A stretch of DNA of 64,000 nucleotides from Epiperipatus broadwayi (lineage: Eukaryota; Animalia; Onychophora), in NCBI GenBank assembly GCA_028023455.1, contig JAQFVV010000008.1, forward strand, positions 9,362,001-9,426,000, given 5' to 3'. This document shows positions 51,225 through 64,000 of this stretch, in pieces; the stretch's first letter is position 1; each line of letters starts with the position of its first letter. Both the position numbers and the translations under genes were made by a program. The notes beneath the pieces were generated by a model that did no database searches, was not told the DNA's origin, and saw only the letters and a program-made list of their open reading frames with translations.

Positions 51225-54008
51225 TAGGTACTTACAACTGCAGATCACTTTCAAGTGAAGGAAGATTGCAAGAATTAGAAAAAAACTATCTTATATTAAA
51301 TGGGATATTATTAGACTTTGTGAAGTTAGAAGAAAAGGTGAAGAGACAATTGATTTAAAAAGTGGACATATACTCTATTATAAAAGTACAAATATTGGAA
51401 ATAACAAGTGGAGTAGGATTCATTATAAATAAAAAGTGGAAGAACAACATTGTAGAGATTGATTGTGTATCGTACAGAGTGCAAGATTAGTTAAACAACT
51501 TAATAGCATATACTAAATGTAGATAATTCAAGTTTATGCCCAAACAAGTTCTCATAGTGATAAAGTAGTAGAAGATTTTTATATGGATCTACAAAAGGCT
51601 TTTGATCAGAGTAAACAAGATTTTAAAATTGTTATGGGAGACTTTAATGTTAGAATGGGTAAACAAATGAAAGATGAAAGTGTTGTAGGTAATTTTGGTT
51701 ATGGTAATAAAAATAAGAGAGGACATAGACTTGTGGAGTTTGCAGAAAATGAAAAACTTTGTAATATGAATTTTTTTTAAAAAAAAATGTTAAAAGGAAA
51801 TGGACATGGAAGCATCCAAATGAAGGTACAGCAGAATTGGATTATATTTTGACTAACAGAAAATATATATTTCAAGATTGTAATGTTCTTAATAAATTTA
51901 ACACAGGAAGTGATCATCGATTAGTAAGATGTAAGACACATGTTAATGCAAAACTAGAGAGACAAAAATTATTAAGAAAAACAATATTTACAGTTGATAT
52001 TCCTAATCTTCAGAAACATTCTAATGAATTTAAATTAGAACTTACAAATCGGTTTCAAGTAATAGTAGATTTTGAATATGATTCAGATTTGAATGAAATT
52101 AATATGAAAATAACTGATACACTTTTAAAAACTGGAACAAAGATAGCTGGTAGGAAAAAGCAGCAGTTGACCAATAAAATTTCTACTGAGACTAAAGAAT
52201 TTATGAAGAAAAGAAGAAATATGAAGATATACAAAAATGATGCATTAAAAAGAATTGAATATCTCGAATTTTGTAAAATAGTGCAGAAAAGAGTTGAAGA
52301 GATATAAGGAGGTATAACTGTGAACTAGTAAGGAAAGCTGTGGAAGAGAATAAAAGTCTCAAGAATGTAAAACAACATTTGGTGTTGGTAGGAAATTTAT
52401 ATCTGCAATAAGAAAAAAAGATGGAATTATTACTAAAAAAAGAGATGACATCATGAAATGGGTAAAAGACTTCTATCAAGAATTATATAGTAATGAAGAA
52501 CAAGTACCTCTTATATCTATTACATCTTCTGAATTGCCAGAATTTTGAATGAGGAGGTAAAAAATGCAATTAAATGTATGAAAAAAGAAAAGGCTCCAGG
52601 TAATAATGGAATTTGTAATTGATATACTAAAAGAAGCAGGTGAAGAAATAGAAATTTTTTTAGCAAAGTTATATATCAAAGGTTTAAATGATAAAGATGT
52701 ACCAGATGATTGGAAGAATGCACTATTAATATTAATATTTAAAAAAGGTGGTAAAGAAGATATTGGAAATTACAGACCTATCAGCCTTTTATCAGTTTTA
52801 TACAAAAATTTTACCAAGATAATTACAACTCATCTATAGAGAACATTAGATTTCCACCAACCAAGAGAACAAGCTGGATTTAAAGATGGTTTTAGTACAG
52901 TAGATCATGTCCAGGTATTGAGAGAAGTTATAGAAAAGACAAATGTATATGCATTGCCATTATGCTTTGGATTTGTAGATTATGAAAAGGCATTTGATTC
53001 TATAAATATTTCTTCAGTGATTAAAGCATTGGATCATCAAGGTATAGATCCAGGATAGTGTCATATTTTAAAGAATATTTATAAAAATGCAGCAGCAACA
53101 ATTAGATTACATAATGATACTAGGAAAGTCAACATTGAGAAGGGTGTAAGACAGGGTGACTCCATATCTCCAAAACTTTTTACAGCAGTGCTGCAAGAAG
53201 TATTTTGTGGATTAAAATGGAAAGCTAAAGGAGTGGAAGTAAATGGAGATTATTTGAGTCATTTAGATTTTGCAGATGTAGTTGTTTTTGCAAATAATGC
53301 TTTAGAATTGCAGGAAATGTTACAGAAGTTATCAGATGAAAGTAGGACTAAAGATAAATGTCAAAAAGATTAAAGTAATGTTTAATGGATTTTCTCAAAA
53401 TATGAAAATAAAGATTGATTATAATGAGTTAGAAGAAATTAACAGTTACAAATACCTTGGTCAGATTATTAATACAGATGGAAACATAATGGATGAAATT
53501 AATTATAAAATTAAACTTGATTGGAGTGCTTTTGATAGAAATAACTTGATACTAAATGAAAATATGTCTATGTGTTGAAAAGGAAGGTTTTTAATAAATG
53601 TATTTTACCAGTTCTTATTTATGGATCTGAGACTTGGACACTTAATAGAAAAGCAATACAGTCTGGAAAGATGCATGTTGAGGTCACAAGAAGGGATCGT
53701 AAATGCAATATATGGCTAAGAGAACAAACAGGTGTTATTGACCTCATTGAAAAAATTAAAAGACTGAAGTGGAGTTAGGCTGGACATATTGCTAGAAGAG
53801 ATGATAATAGATGGGCAATTGAAATCTTAAACTGGATTCCAAGAGATTGTAAAAGACCCAGAAAGAAACCACATGTGAGATGGATGAATGAAATAAGAAA
53901 ATGTGCAGGGGTGATGTGGAGAAGAGAAGCTAAAGATCAGAGAAGATGGATTGAACTTGGAGAGACGTTCATTGTGCAGTGGATTGGTAATGGTTGACGA
54001 TGATGATT
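51225..54008 (+). mobile_element. Near full-length decayed RTE-clade non-LTR retrotransposon (APE endonuclease plus RT)
   Basis: GTYNCRSL..., WDII.LCEVRRKG, GVGFIINK, IIQVYAQTS, VMGDFNVRMG, DYIL..SDHRLV, NYRPISLLS, EQAGF, VDYEKAFDSI, GVRQGDSISPKLF, LDFADV, YKYLGQ, LIYGSETW; 3' tail gacgatgatgat. Confidence 0.93.
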
Positions 54009-56237
54009 TCAATCCATAATTACTTTATTCCCTATTTCTATAATTCCTTTTAAACCAATCAACATATTTATGCTTATCCAATGCATTCAATGGTGCAAAT
54101 TCTTAATGTTCCCTAAAACAAACCCTAGATTTTAGTTACTTAAAATCATCATTGATTTTAATGATTTTAATATTTATATATATATAATTTTACAAATTCT
54201 GGCAAAAAAATTGAATGCTTCAAATAAAAATTATCCTTTTCTCATAAAGATTTTAACTATTGATGTCAAATACTGTACAATAAAAATATATAGGGATTAA
54301 ACAAAATAATGGGAACATCTATTACATTAACATTGTAATCTTTTTTTGTGAAAAAAAGTTATGACAATACATACTAACACTTTTTTTTAAGGAAGTGATA
54401 AGTAATATATAGCAAAATGTTGACATCACTTTTATAAACAGGTGAAGATAAATGTTGGATTTATCCAAGTTTAAAAGCTATCAAATTGTCTTGCATGATC
54501 AAAGAGCATTATTATCTAAAATTGTTGAATTGTGAAACTGACTGTCTAAAGCTAATGAAAGCACAACTAATGATGTAAAGACTAGAAATCTTTTAGAAAC
54601 AACTGAAATTAAAAATAAATAATAAAAGAATACCCCCCCACTCAAAAATTCATAGTAGAATAAATCATTTCAAAGATCAAGATACATCTGAGCATCCCAA
54701 TATTAAAATTAATTCTCTGTGAACTTCTTTAAGAATATTTCAAAAACCATTATTTTTTTATATAAATGTTTCAATAAAGAGATAGTGTTGTTATGTGCAC
54801 AATAATCTGAAAAATGAATGACTATAAGCATATCATATGATTAAATCAATCATCATTTATGTTTTCGCTATCCATTGAATGGTAGAAATTATCAAAAAAT
54901 TCGTAACAATCTTATTGTCATCTTTTTTTTTGTTTTACCACCTTGTCATGATTTATCTTGGCTGAGATATTAGGTTATTATGTTAATCCTATCATCTGAA
55001 TGGATCACAGTTTTTTTACTTTTTGAATATTTTGGATGATCATTTTTACACCATTAGTGAAATGTTAGGATCAGACAGCACTGGTATTTTATAATAATAA
55101 TAAAAAGTGCTCTAAAGTTTACAGATACTGCAATTAAATATGATTAAAAGAAATACTTTTGATTTGGCTTTCCTAATAATCTTATTTAAATATTATTACA
55201 TCTCTATGAACCATTTTTGAATAACAATTGGAAAGTTGATAATCTTGGGTAATATCTCATAAAAACTTTAGGTTTTTTCCTCATAAGGAATGGCTACAAG
55301 CAATTCTTGGAGTAAATGGTAGCTCTACACTGTATTAATAAAAGTATCATAGCTCCACATACAATAATATTCCACATTTTTATACCAGTTTTGATTTATA
55401 TTCTTACACATATGTATTATATATATATATATGTTTCTTTTCACAAATATTACATTAAAATTCATTATTATTTTTTAAATATATGGTAAATAAAAACATG
55501 TATTTTATAATTTGCTTTTGTCTTAATTAATTAAATTATTTTTTGTATAATTAATTCTCATTATAACAAACTTTGAATATAATGAATAAGAGAATATTTA
55601 CCTGTAAAAATATATTCAACATAAATTTTAATAATGTTTATTATAAACTTTTAATTTTGATCAACAAACTGAATTACTAAAAACATCTACCAAGTACAAA
55701 AAAATTATATGAACAGTAATTTTATAGTAGACTCATATGTCATTGAATATTAATGATAATGATATTTTAATTTTTGTAATATAATAATTATCTGATTTTA
55801 TTAAAAATTATTTTTCATTATTAATATTGAAATGTATAGATTATAGATCACCATCTATTGACTAATAATTGGATGTGTCACTGGATTGGCTAGCTACTTG
55901 GAACAAAAATCTTAAGTATGCTTGGAATGTAAAAAAAAAAACAACCCTCAACCTGCTAACCTGCAGCACAGCAGACTGTGCAAGAATCACTATATTATGG
56001 CCTTATTATTAATATATATCAGATTAATTAAAGGTTAGGCTGGAATACTTTAACAATAACAAACAAGAAATGGTATTTTTTTTTCAAGAGCATTAAAATG
56101 ACCATATTATTTATTTATTTTTGTTTTAAGTTTTTTTAAAAATAATTTCATGAAAAATTTATGTAAAATATAATTATTTTATTATTATTATTAAAATAAG
56201 TATATCTTGTTTAATATAATATTTAATATATGACAAA

Positions 56238-56308
56238 GCCTTGACTGGGAAGCGAATCCGGGCCAGCTGCTTGGAAGGCATCTATGCTAACTGCTAGGCC
56301 ACCAATAT
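56238..56308 (-). pseudogene. tRNA-Gly(TCC)-derived copy, anticodon retained
   Basis: Minus strand: atattggtggcctagcagttagcatagatgccTTCCAagcagctggcccggattcgcttcccagtcaaggc-tttgtcata; acceptor stem mismatched. Confidence 0.8.
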
Positions 56309-58207
56309 TTATCAGCTGTTTTTCCATTAGTAACTGATACTTTTTTTGATTCAGTTTTCATACATTATCATCTGATTTACTCATATAGGATATACCAATG
56401 ATCAAAAAGCAACAACAACAACTAATCACTAAAAAATAAAATGCCCAGAAATTGAAAATAATTTATTTAGTAAAAATGTAAAACTTTAAAGACAAAGTTT
56501 TACTTATTATAATGTTTATTATTGTTATGATAACAAAAGTAAATATTTTAAGTAATATAAATTTGTATTTTTATGCATGCTAGTAAAATTTCAAGAAGCA
56601 ATTACTATTTAAAGACTATGGGCTTTCAAAATAATTAATTCAGTTAAAAAAATACAAAATTTTTGTTGCTAATATTATAATATAAACTGTTACTTATATA
56701 GTGCACATACAATTGTATCTCTCTCCTGTGATAGATTTAATAAATTTGTATAATTCAATCGATAGATTATAATTCAAGCACCCAATAGATTAAAGCCCTG
56801 ATTTAAATATGTTAAGGGCTGGTTTTTATAGAAAATAAGCCCTAAACAAGTCGATCCTCATAGGAGAATACACAGACATTGTTTGCTCTGAGGAGTTTCT
56901 CTCTGATTATAATGCTAATATTAAATGTATTAATTTAAAAAATATCCATCAAATTTTGTATTTTTTGGCTAAATAAATTATTTTCAAATTCTGTATATTT
57001 GATTTTTTATCAATTAGTTTTCCTTTCCGTATTGGAGTATACAATGTGGCCTATCTGATAGATAATATATTAGCTAAAACAGTAATCTTCTTTTTTGTCT
57101 GTTTGTTTGTTAAAATAGATATAATTATTAAGCTAGTGGTTGTTTTAATATTTAATTAACTAATAAAACACAGACATTTTATTATATATATACAAAAATG
57201 ATCATACATAAACAGCAAGCAATAATATTTAATATACTTTGAATAATAGCATCTAGTTTTTTAAACATTCAAAAATAATATTAGAAATAGTTATTACTGT
57301 AACATAAATGTATTAAAAAATAAATACCTAAATGCTGAATATTATTTTAAAAAAAATAAAGATGCTACTTATATAAATTAATGTACTTTAAAAACTACTG
57401 TAAATGTTTCTAAAATGTTATTTTAAGAATATTATTTTCTGATACTGTTTAATTTAATATACAAATAAATGATTACTACTAATCCCTAATGCATTTATCT
57501 GAAGGAGTTAATATCATCGAAATTGTGAACACAGAAAGTCTGACACTTATAAATTAAGTTGAACAATATAAATAAATATAACAGAATATAAAAAGCCCTA
57601 CTATTTGATTTTAACATTTACTGTTTTCAGAAACATTATACTGTTGTTTTAAATGTCCACCAATTTATACTGACTACAATTTTTTTTAAAAGTTATTATT
57701 AAATTTTTAAGTATTATTTTATGTACATATCAATTTTGGTACTTATTATGGGAGTAATATTTTATATTTGAAATTTCTTTTAACATAATCAAAAACAAAT
57801 ACTTCACTTTAAATTAGGATAGAGACAGAATATTGTTAATATAATTTTTTTTATATAATCTTCTACCATCTGGATTAAATTATGAGGATATCTTAAATTT
57901 TTATTACCATTAGATTTTTTTATTTTAACATAAATTATAAATAACATCTGTAGTGTTATAATAGAAAGCAGCACTAACATTTTCATTTGGTTTATAAATA
58001 AGTAAATTGATTTATAAATATACATAGATTTATAAATAAATAAATTTAAATTAATACCAAAAATAAAATCTTAAAAACATGAAACTTATCTTATTATTTA
58101 CAAATTATATTTAAAAAATTAATTGAAAGTACTTCTGTGGTTTATTATAATTATTTATAAAATATATTAGCAATGTTATAATTCATTATTGTTATTACAA
58201 CTATATA

Positions 58208-58302
58208 TTTCAATATCTGTGATCGAGGTGCAATCTTTAGTATCTATATAGATATTTTTTTATTATTATTATTATTATTATCTATCTATCTATCTATTTT
58301 AG

Positions 58303-58341
<39 letters not shown>

Positions 58342-58835
58342 AGTATCTATATAGATATACTGGACCATAAATAAAGATGGGATTCCACCTTTATTGTTAA
58401 AAGGATGTTGCTTTGACAACAGATTGAGATTCTTGATTGTTATTGACATTGGGATTATATAAGTGTTGACTGTTTTTTAATGATTATTTACAAACCCATT
58501 TAGCTTTGATAATTATTATACTTATTATTTAAATAATACTTTGGATGCAATTTGAAAATTAAAATTGCAGTTTGTAATGTTATAATTGACTATTTATTGC
58601 ATTCAGAACAGGTTATATTTACCCATTTAAAGAGGTTTATTTAACCTTCTTTGTATCAACAATTTCAATATCTGTGGGCAAGTTATAATCTATAGTATCT
58701 ATATAAATATATTGGACTATAAATAACAATAAGATTCCATCTTTATTGTTAAAAGGAGGTTGCCTTGATAACAGTTTGAAATTGTTGATTGTTCTTGATA
58801 TTGGGATTGTTTAAGTGTTGACTGGTTTTTAATAA
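58208..58835. repeat. Diverged direct repeat (period ~455) with a (TTA)/(TATC)n microsatellite in the first copy
   Basis: tttcaatatctgtg at 58208 and 58663; ttattgttaaaagga.gttgc.ttga.aacag and aagtgttgactg are present twice. Confidence 0.8.
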
Positions 58836-61416
58836 TATATATATATATATATATATATATTGAAATCACTGTGTTTCATGGCATACAACAATATAGTAGT
58901 GTGTATGCATATGTATATATAAAGTTGAAAGGAAAAGTAGAAATACACACAAAAATTTTTGTAATTATTTTCTATATTTCACTGGAATAACAGTTAACGA
59001 TTAAATAATTTTGAATTTAATTTGGTGTAATTAATACTTTATTAATTCTGATTTTGAAATTAAAATAAGCATGTTTTTATGTTAAAACAGATATACTGAT
59101 AATTATAAAATTCCACTATCTATTTTAGAAATCTTTTTAAAGTAAAGCCTTTATAACATTTTGATAAAATTCCACAAAAATTGCTTTTCAAAGGACTAAA
59201 GTGAATTGAAAAGAATCATTAACATTGTTCAATCAAGATAGGAAAAACATTTTTAGTTAATGTATTTTATCCCACCCTGATTATAAAAAGATGGAAAAAA
59301 ATATTAGGGGGTGATTCTTAAGAATTGTTTTTTTTTTAAGTTATAGAGAAACTACCATGAAGATATAACTGAAGGAAAGGAGGAAAAGACCAATGGCTTA
59401 TACTAGTTCACTATAATGGAGTTTGAATTCACATGGAAGCAAGACTCAGATTTTCGGTGTTCTCCATAGCCTACATTGAACTGGCTTGCCTGAAGTCTAT
59501 CCAATCTTAGACTAAATGGAGTTGATTGAATAACAACAGTTATCTGGATTATACCTTTCCTGATGATGACAAACCAGTCTACTGTTTAGAATGTACTAGC
59601 TTATCCAGAGAGTTCATTAGCTTGCTAAAGAATTGATTGTGCATATGCTGTTTAATCTACATGTAGAAAATCACAGATCAATGTACCAATAAATGTACCA
59701 TGTATTTATATAAAGCTATTTTAAATAATTCCATGAAAATGACATTTAAAATCTATAAATTAAAAGTACAAGTAAATAGTTTTTGCTTGAATTAAAAGTC
59801 TAAAAGTAAAGAATTCATTCATAAATTTCAAAAGTATGTCTAGATTGGAAAACAAAGAAACTTGTTGGAATATTTTTTAAAGATGTTTATAATTAATTAA
59901 CAGTAACCAGTCAAAGATGTGATATTACTTTTTTTTAAAAAAAAAAAGAAAACTTTTATGAAGGGCCATCAAAGAATTTAATAACTGATTCATATTATTC
60001 TTTATATATACTTTCAACAGGGAATTAATTGTGAAAAATATATTTTTAATAATTTTATTATTTTGACAAATTAAAATATATGATATAAATGTCAATGTGT
60101 GCCCACATTCCCATGTGCACACACATATATGTTATGTTAGCAATTAATTATGTATTATAAAAACCATACTTCATTTAGATTTATAACAATTCAAATATGT
60201 TAATAAATTATTATACAGCATGTCTGTGTGCTGACCTATTATGTGTGTAAACCTATTATGAGATATTTGTCTTATTAAAATATGATCATTTATGGCATAT
60301 CTATGTGCTTATGTAGATGCATGTCAGGTAGACACATAAATTAAAATTAATCACTTTATTTTTATTATTTTATGACCATTCAAATGTGTCCAGAAATTAT
60401 TATACCACATATCTGTATGCTGATCTTGGTGTTTTAAGTAAATCTCTTGGAACATATATGTAAATCATGACATGATAGCTTACTTTTTGTATATTAATCA
60501 AGATCAGAAGGCTTAATTTTTATCTGTATAGCCATATTCTGCAGACCTTAATTTCATTTTTTATTATTGTTATTAATAAATTGATATTTTATTGGTAAAA
60601 GTATTTCAGTGGTTTAATTTAATCCTCAAACATAAATTATTAATGTGGGATTATATCTTGTTCACAATAACAGTTATAGAGCGTATGTTCTCTGAGCTAT
60701 ATTCATGCATAACAGTCATATAAATGGGGATTATATTTAGTTTATGGGTATTCAGTTGATGCTGATGATCCTGGATTGGCACAAAGATGACATCATTCAA
60801 AGTCCATGCATTAAATTTTATTTAGTTAGTATTTATTAGAAATTAAGTTTATAGTTGGTCAATATATTAATGGTACTAAGTAGCCAGAGCATTGATGATG
60901 ATCAGCATGCGTTAATATCCCAGAATTTTATTATATATTATTATGGATTAGCACTTCTAAGTTTGTGTATCCAAATTGATGTTTAAATAATCTGTCCCAA
61001 GCTGGCAGGGGCTAAATAGTTACCCTGGCCTATGGTAGATCCAATTCAAATCCAGTCACAAGATTGATCATTAATTTTATTGTTGATTTAATTTTTATTG
61101 TTCATCATTCATAATTATGAATCAATATTACTTTCAGGTAGTGTGGTGAATTTATAGTTAACATATTTATACTTAATATTAATAGCTGTGCTGATCTCTC
61201 AGAGTGATCTCTCATGATCTCATGCTCATTACTTTTATATTCCTTTTATATTTAACTTATATTAACTTTATATTTTGGTTATTTGGGGATAATGATTAGT
61301 TCCAATTTTTCACAATTATGCCCTAAGGTAGTGTACTGTTACAAATAATCATCCAATTGTGGAACATTGTAACTACAAATTCTATTTGTATTAACCCCTA
61401 TTTTCTGTATCACTAC

Positions 61417-61452
<36 letters not shown>

Positions 61453-61885
61453 TTGAAAATAAAATAAATAATCAAATAAAAGATAATTTAAATTAATTGT
61501 ATTATATATATTGCTGAATTTTTATTTTCTACATTTAATTATTGCTTTACATAAATATTTTGTATTGATAATTAGAAAATGTTTGCTCTTTAAATTTTTA
61601 GAATTTATTTGTGATGAAGAAATACTCACAACTCACAAAGTTGGACAAATGTGATTTGATTTTCTTTCTAAAGTTGAACTTAAAATACCTTCACATATAT
61701 AATAAGTTTCTGTTGGGTTAAAACAATAAAAGATATAAAAGTGAGCCAAAGATCATACAGACATAAAAAAAATTGAAGTTCACAACCTTTATCACTAATT
61801 ACTAGATGATTTTAATGGAAAGAAGTTATAAATATTTGGTTTTATTGGTATATTCTAATTTCAACTTCACTATATTAGTCTCCAC

Positions 61886-64000
61886 CAGGGGCAGACTAAG
61901 GCCTAGGCAATCTATGCACGTGCCTAGGGCCTGTAATTTTTGGGGCCCGAAAATTAGGTTTTTAACTTTTAAATTTTTATAATTAATTTTTATTTTTATT
62001 TTACAAAAAAACGTGATATTCATAATTATTGCTGAAACGTATACAAATTATGCCGAATTGTTGATTGATAAAGTCGAAAAGTGTGGACGAGTGTTCCTGT
62101 GCTTTTGCATCCATGCTGCGAGTGTTGATGTGTGTAAATACGATTGAGCCTCGTGCCTATCGAGGCTTTACTATGCACGTGTTTAAAAAGTCAAATGTAA
62201 CTATTTAAAATCAGTGTCTCCTGAACGTATTGCATCTTATGTGAGTTGGGATTGAAAATTGTGCAATTAAGACTTAAGTACCTAGACTTGATTGCAAATA
62301 GATTGTTTTGGATTCATATTTTATAGTTAATATTTTCTGGAATTCCTAAAATAAAAATGTAAGTTTTTATAAAAGTATTACATTATTTAATTAAAATAAT
62401 ATATAATATAAAATACCACAAATTGTGATTTTCTTTGTGATTGTGATATTGAGTAAAAATAAATTTAATTAAAGATTATTTTCTTTTTTTTTTTAGTACT
62501 TGGTCTTTAAAACGAGTTCCTATAAACATTTAAGTGGAAGTGAAAAAAGAAAATGAAAAGTAGATCGAGATAAAGTGGCAAAACAAATGAAAAGATCGTT
62601 GGACAAATTTTTAACTGTAGATGGAGAACAATTACAACAATCGTCATTATTTTCACAAATTTCACCTGTTCAAACTCCAGAAACATCATTTGTGTCCGAA
62701 ACTATTCTGCAAAAAGACCAGCAGGAAAAACCAAGCAATTCCGTTTATGAAAATGAAACAAAAGGAGAAAATAAAAATTTAAAGTCATCTCAAAATAATG
62801 AAGAAACTAAGAGTTTTGTAAATGATATTGCATTATGGCCAGAATACTTAACAGACGCCATGCGAGAGAATTATATAAAAAATCCACCAAAATCAATAAA
62901 TGAATCTTTGGAATCATCTTCTATTCGATGCAATGAAGGGTCAAAACAAATCATAAGAAAATTAACTATTGCCTCCTTCTTCAGAACAATTAATAGCGGG
63001 GAAAAAGTTAAAAGAGATTGTTTGGCTTATAGTGAAACCAACAACTTATTGTACTGTTACGTTTGTAAATTATTTTCCAAAAAAACAACGCTAATGACAA
63101 AAGGGATGAATGATTGGAAAAATGTGCATAAAAAATTGTCAGAGCATGAAAACTCCAGTGACCACATTAACTCCATTTTAATTTTTATAACAAGATCTAA
63201 AATTACCGGACGCATTGACACTGAACTAGAAAAACAAATTATAAATGAAAAAAATATTGGAGAGAAGTACTTAAACATGTGGTAGCAACAATCAAATTTA
63301 TTTCTTCATACTCTTTAGCGTTTCATGGTAAAAATGAAGTGTTTTTTGTTGAAAATAATGGTAATTATATAAGGGCTTTGGAATATTTATCCGAGTTCGA
63401 TCCATTTTTGCGGGAACACATGAAAAAATATGCAAACTGCAGCACCGGTACTATGAACTATTTGTCGTCTACAATATGTGATGAATTTATTTCTATTATA
63501 TCGAAAGATTTACAACTCACAATAGTGAACGAAATAAAGGAAGCCAAATTTTACTCTCTAATTATTGATTCAACACCTGATATATCTCACGTAGATCATC
63601 TGACCGTCATTATTCGCTATGTTCTTCCAAGTGGTATAAAAGAAAGATTTTTGGGATTTCTACCTATATTTTCTCATACTGGTGAAAACTTGGAGAAAGT
63701 TATTTTAGAATTTTTAAATAATATAGATTTAGACATCACTAACTGTCGAGGACAGAGTTATGATAATGCGTTTAATATGTTGGGTAAATATAAGGGACTC
63801 CAATCCAGAATAAAACAACTTATTTTTTCTGCCCATTTTATACCATGCGCAAATCATTCATTAAATTTAATTGGAAATGCTGCTGCTAAAAGTTGCATGG
63901 AAATGACCACTTTTTTCAATATCGTTCAGGAATTGTACGTATTTTTTTCAAGTTCTACACATAGGTGGAATGCATTACAAAAATTTTGTAAAAGCAAACA
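61886..64000 (+). mobile_element. Young hAT DNA transposon (5' TIR, truncated by window end)
   Basis: CAGGGGCAGACT terminus with subterminal ggcctaggc..gcctagggcc; CpGs retained; long transposase ORF follows. Confidence 0.88.
62575..64000 (+). pseudogene. ZMYM1-like hAT transposase (ZnF_TTF plus DUF4371), frameshifted at ~63250
   Basis: DIALWP, LYCYVCKLF, NDWKN..KLSEHE; after the shift, NGNY...EYLSEFDPFLREH, IIDSTPDISHVD, RGQSYDNA.NM.G.YKG.Q, PCANHSLNL, STHRW. Confidence 0.9.

Noticed and set aside
50860-51230. HDV-like ribozyme in the RTE 5' UTR
   Set aside because: Expected from RTE biology, but the nested double pseudoknot could not be built by eye; it needs a covariance-model search.
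59553-59582. ctgatga-tgac-aaaccagtc hammerhead-like string
   Set aside because: No stem II, G12 is missing and the flanks do not form stem I.

Overview
Very AT-rich, CpG-depleted animal-like genomic DNA. No host gene can be called with confidence; the window is mostly transposon relics: an RTE-clade LINE (51.2-54.0 kb, plus fragments), a Penelope-like RT/GIY-YIG element (48.5-50.0 kb), a full-length decayed mariner (37.4-38.6 kb), hAT/ZMYM1-type transposons (9.3-11.0 kb and 61.9 kb to the end) and tRNA-Gly(TCC)-derived short repeats. The main signal is a non-coding ~455-466 bp repeat family (at least 6 loci). Each unit carries a minimal type I hammerhead ribozyme (CUGAUGA...GAAACUAGUC, palindromic stem III), so the family looks like a retrozyme or non-autonomous Penelope-type element. 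Two loci are head-to-head inverted multimers flanked by exact 13-bp target-site duplications (TSDs). A second, unrelated hammerhead family forms the same architecture at 33.8-34.4 kb, also with a 13-bp TSD, and a probable third, decayed family sits at 1.4-1.9 kb. Three more fold-backs with 12-18 bp TSDs share the geometry, including a roughly 40-50 nt offset between the two arm ends. A decayed Penelope-like ORF lies about 330 bp from a ribozyme dimer on the same strand. All structures were read by eye; nothing was folded, aligned or searched computationally.
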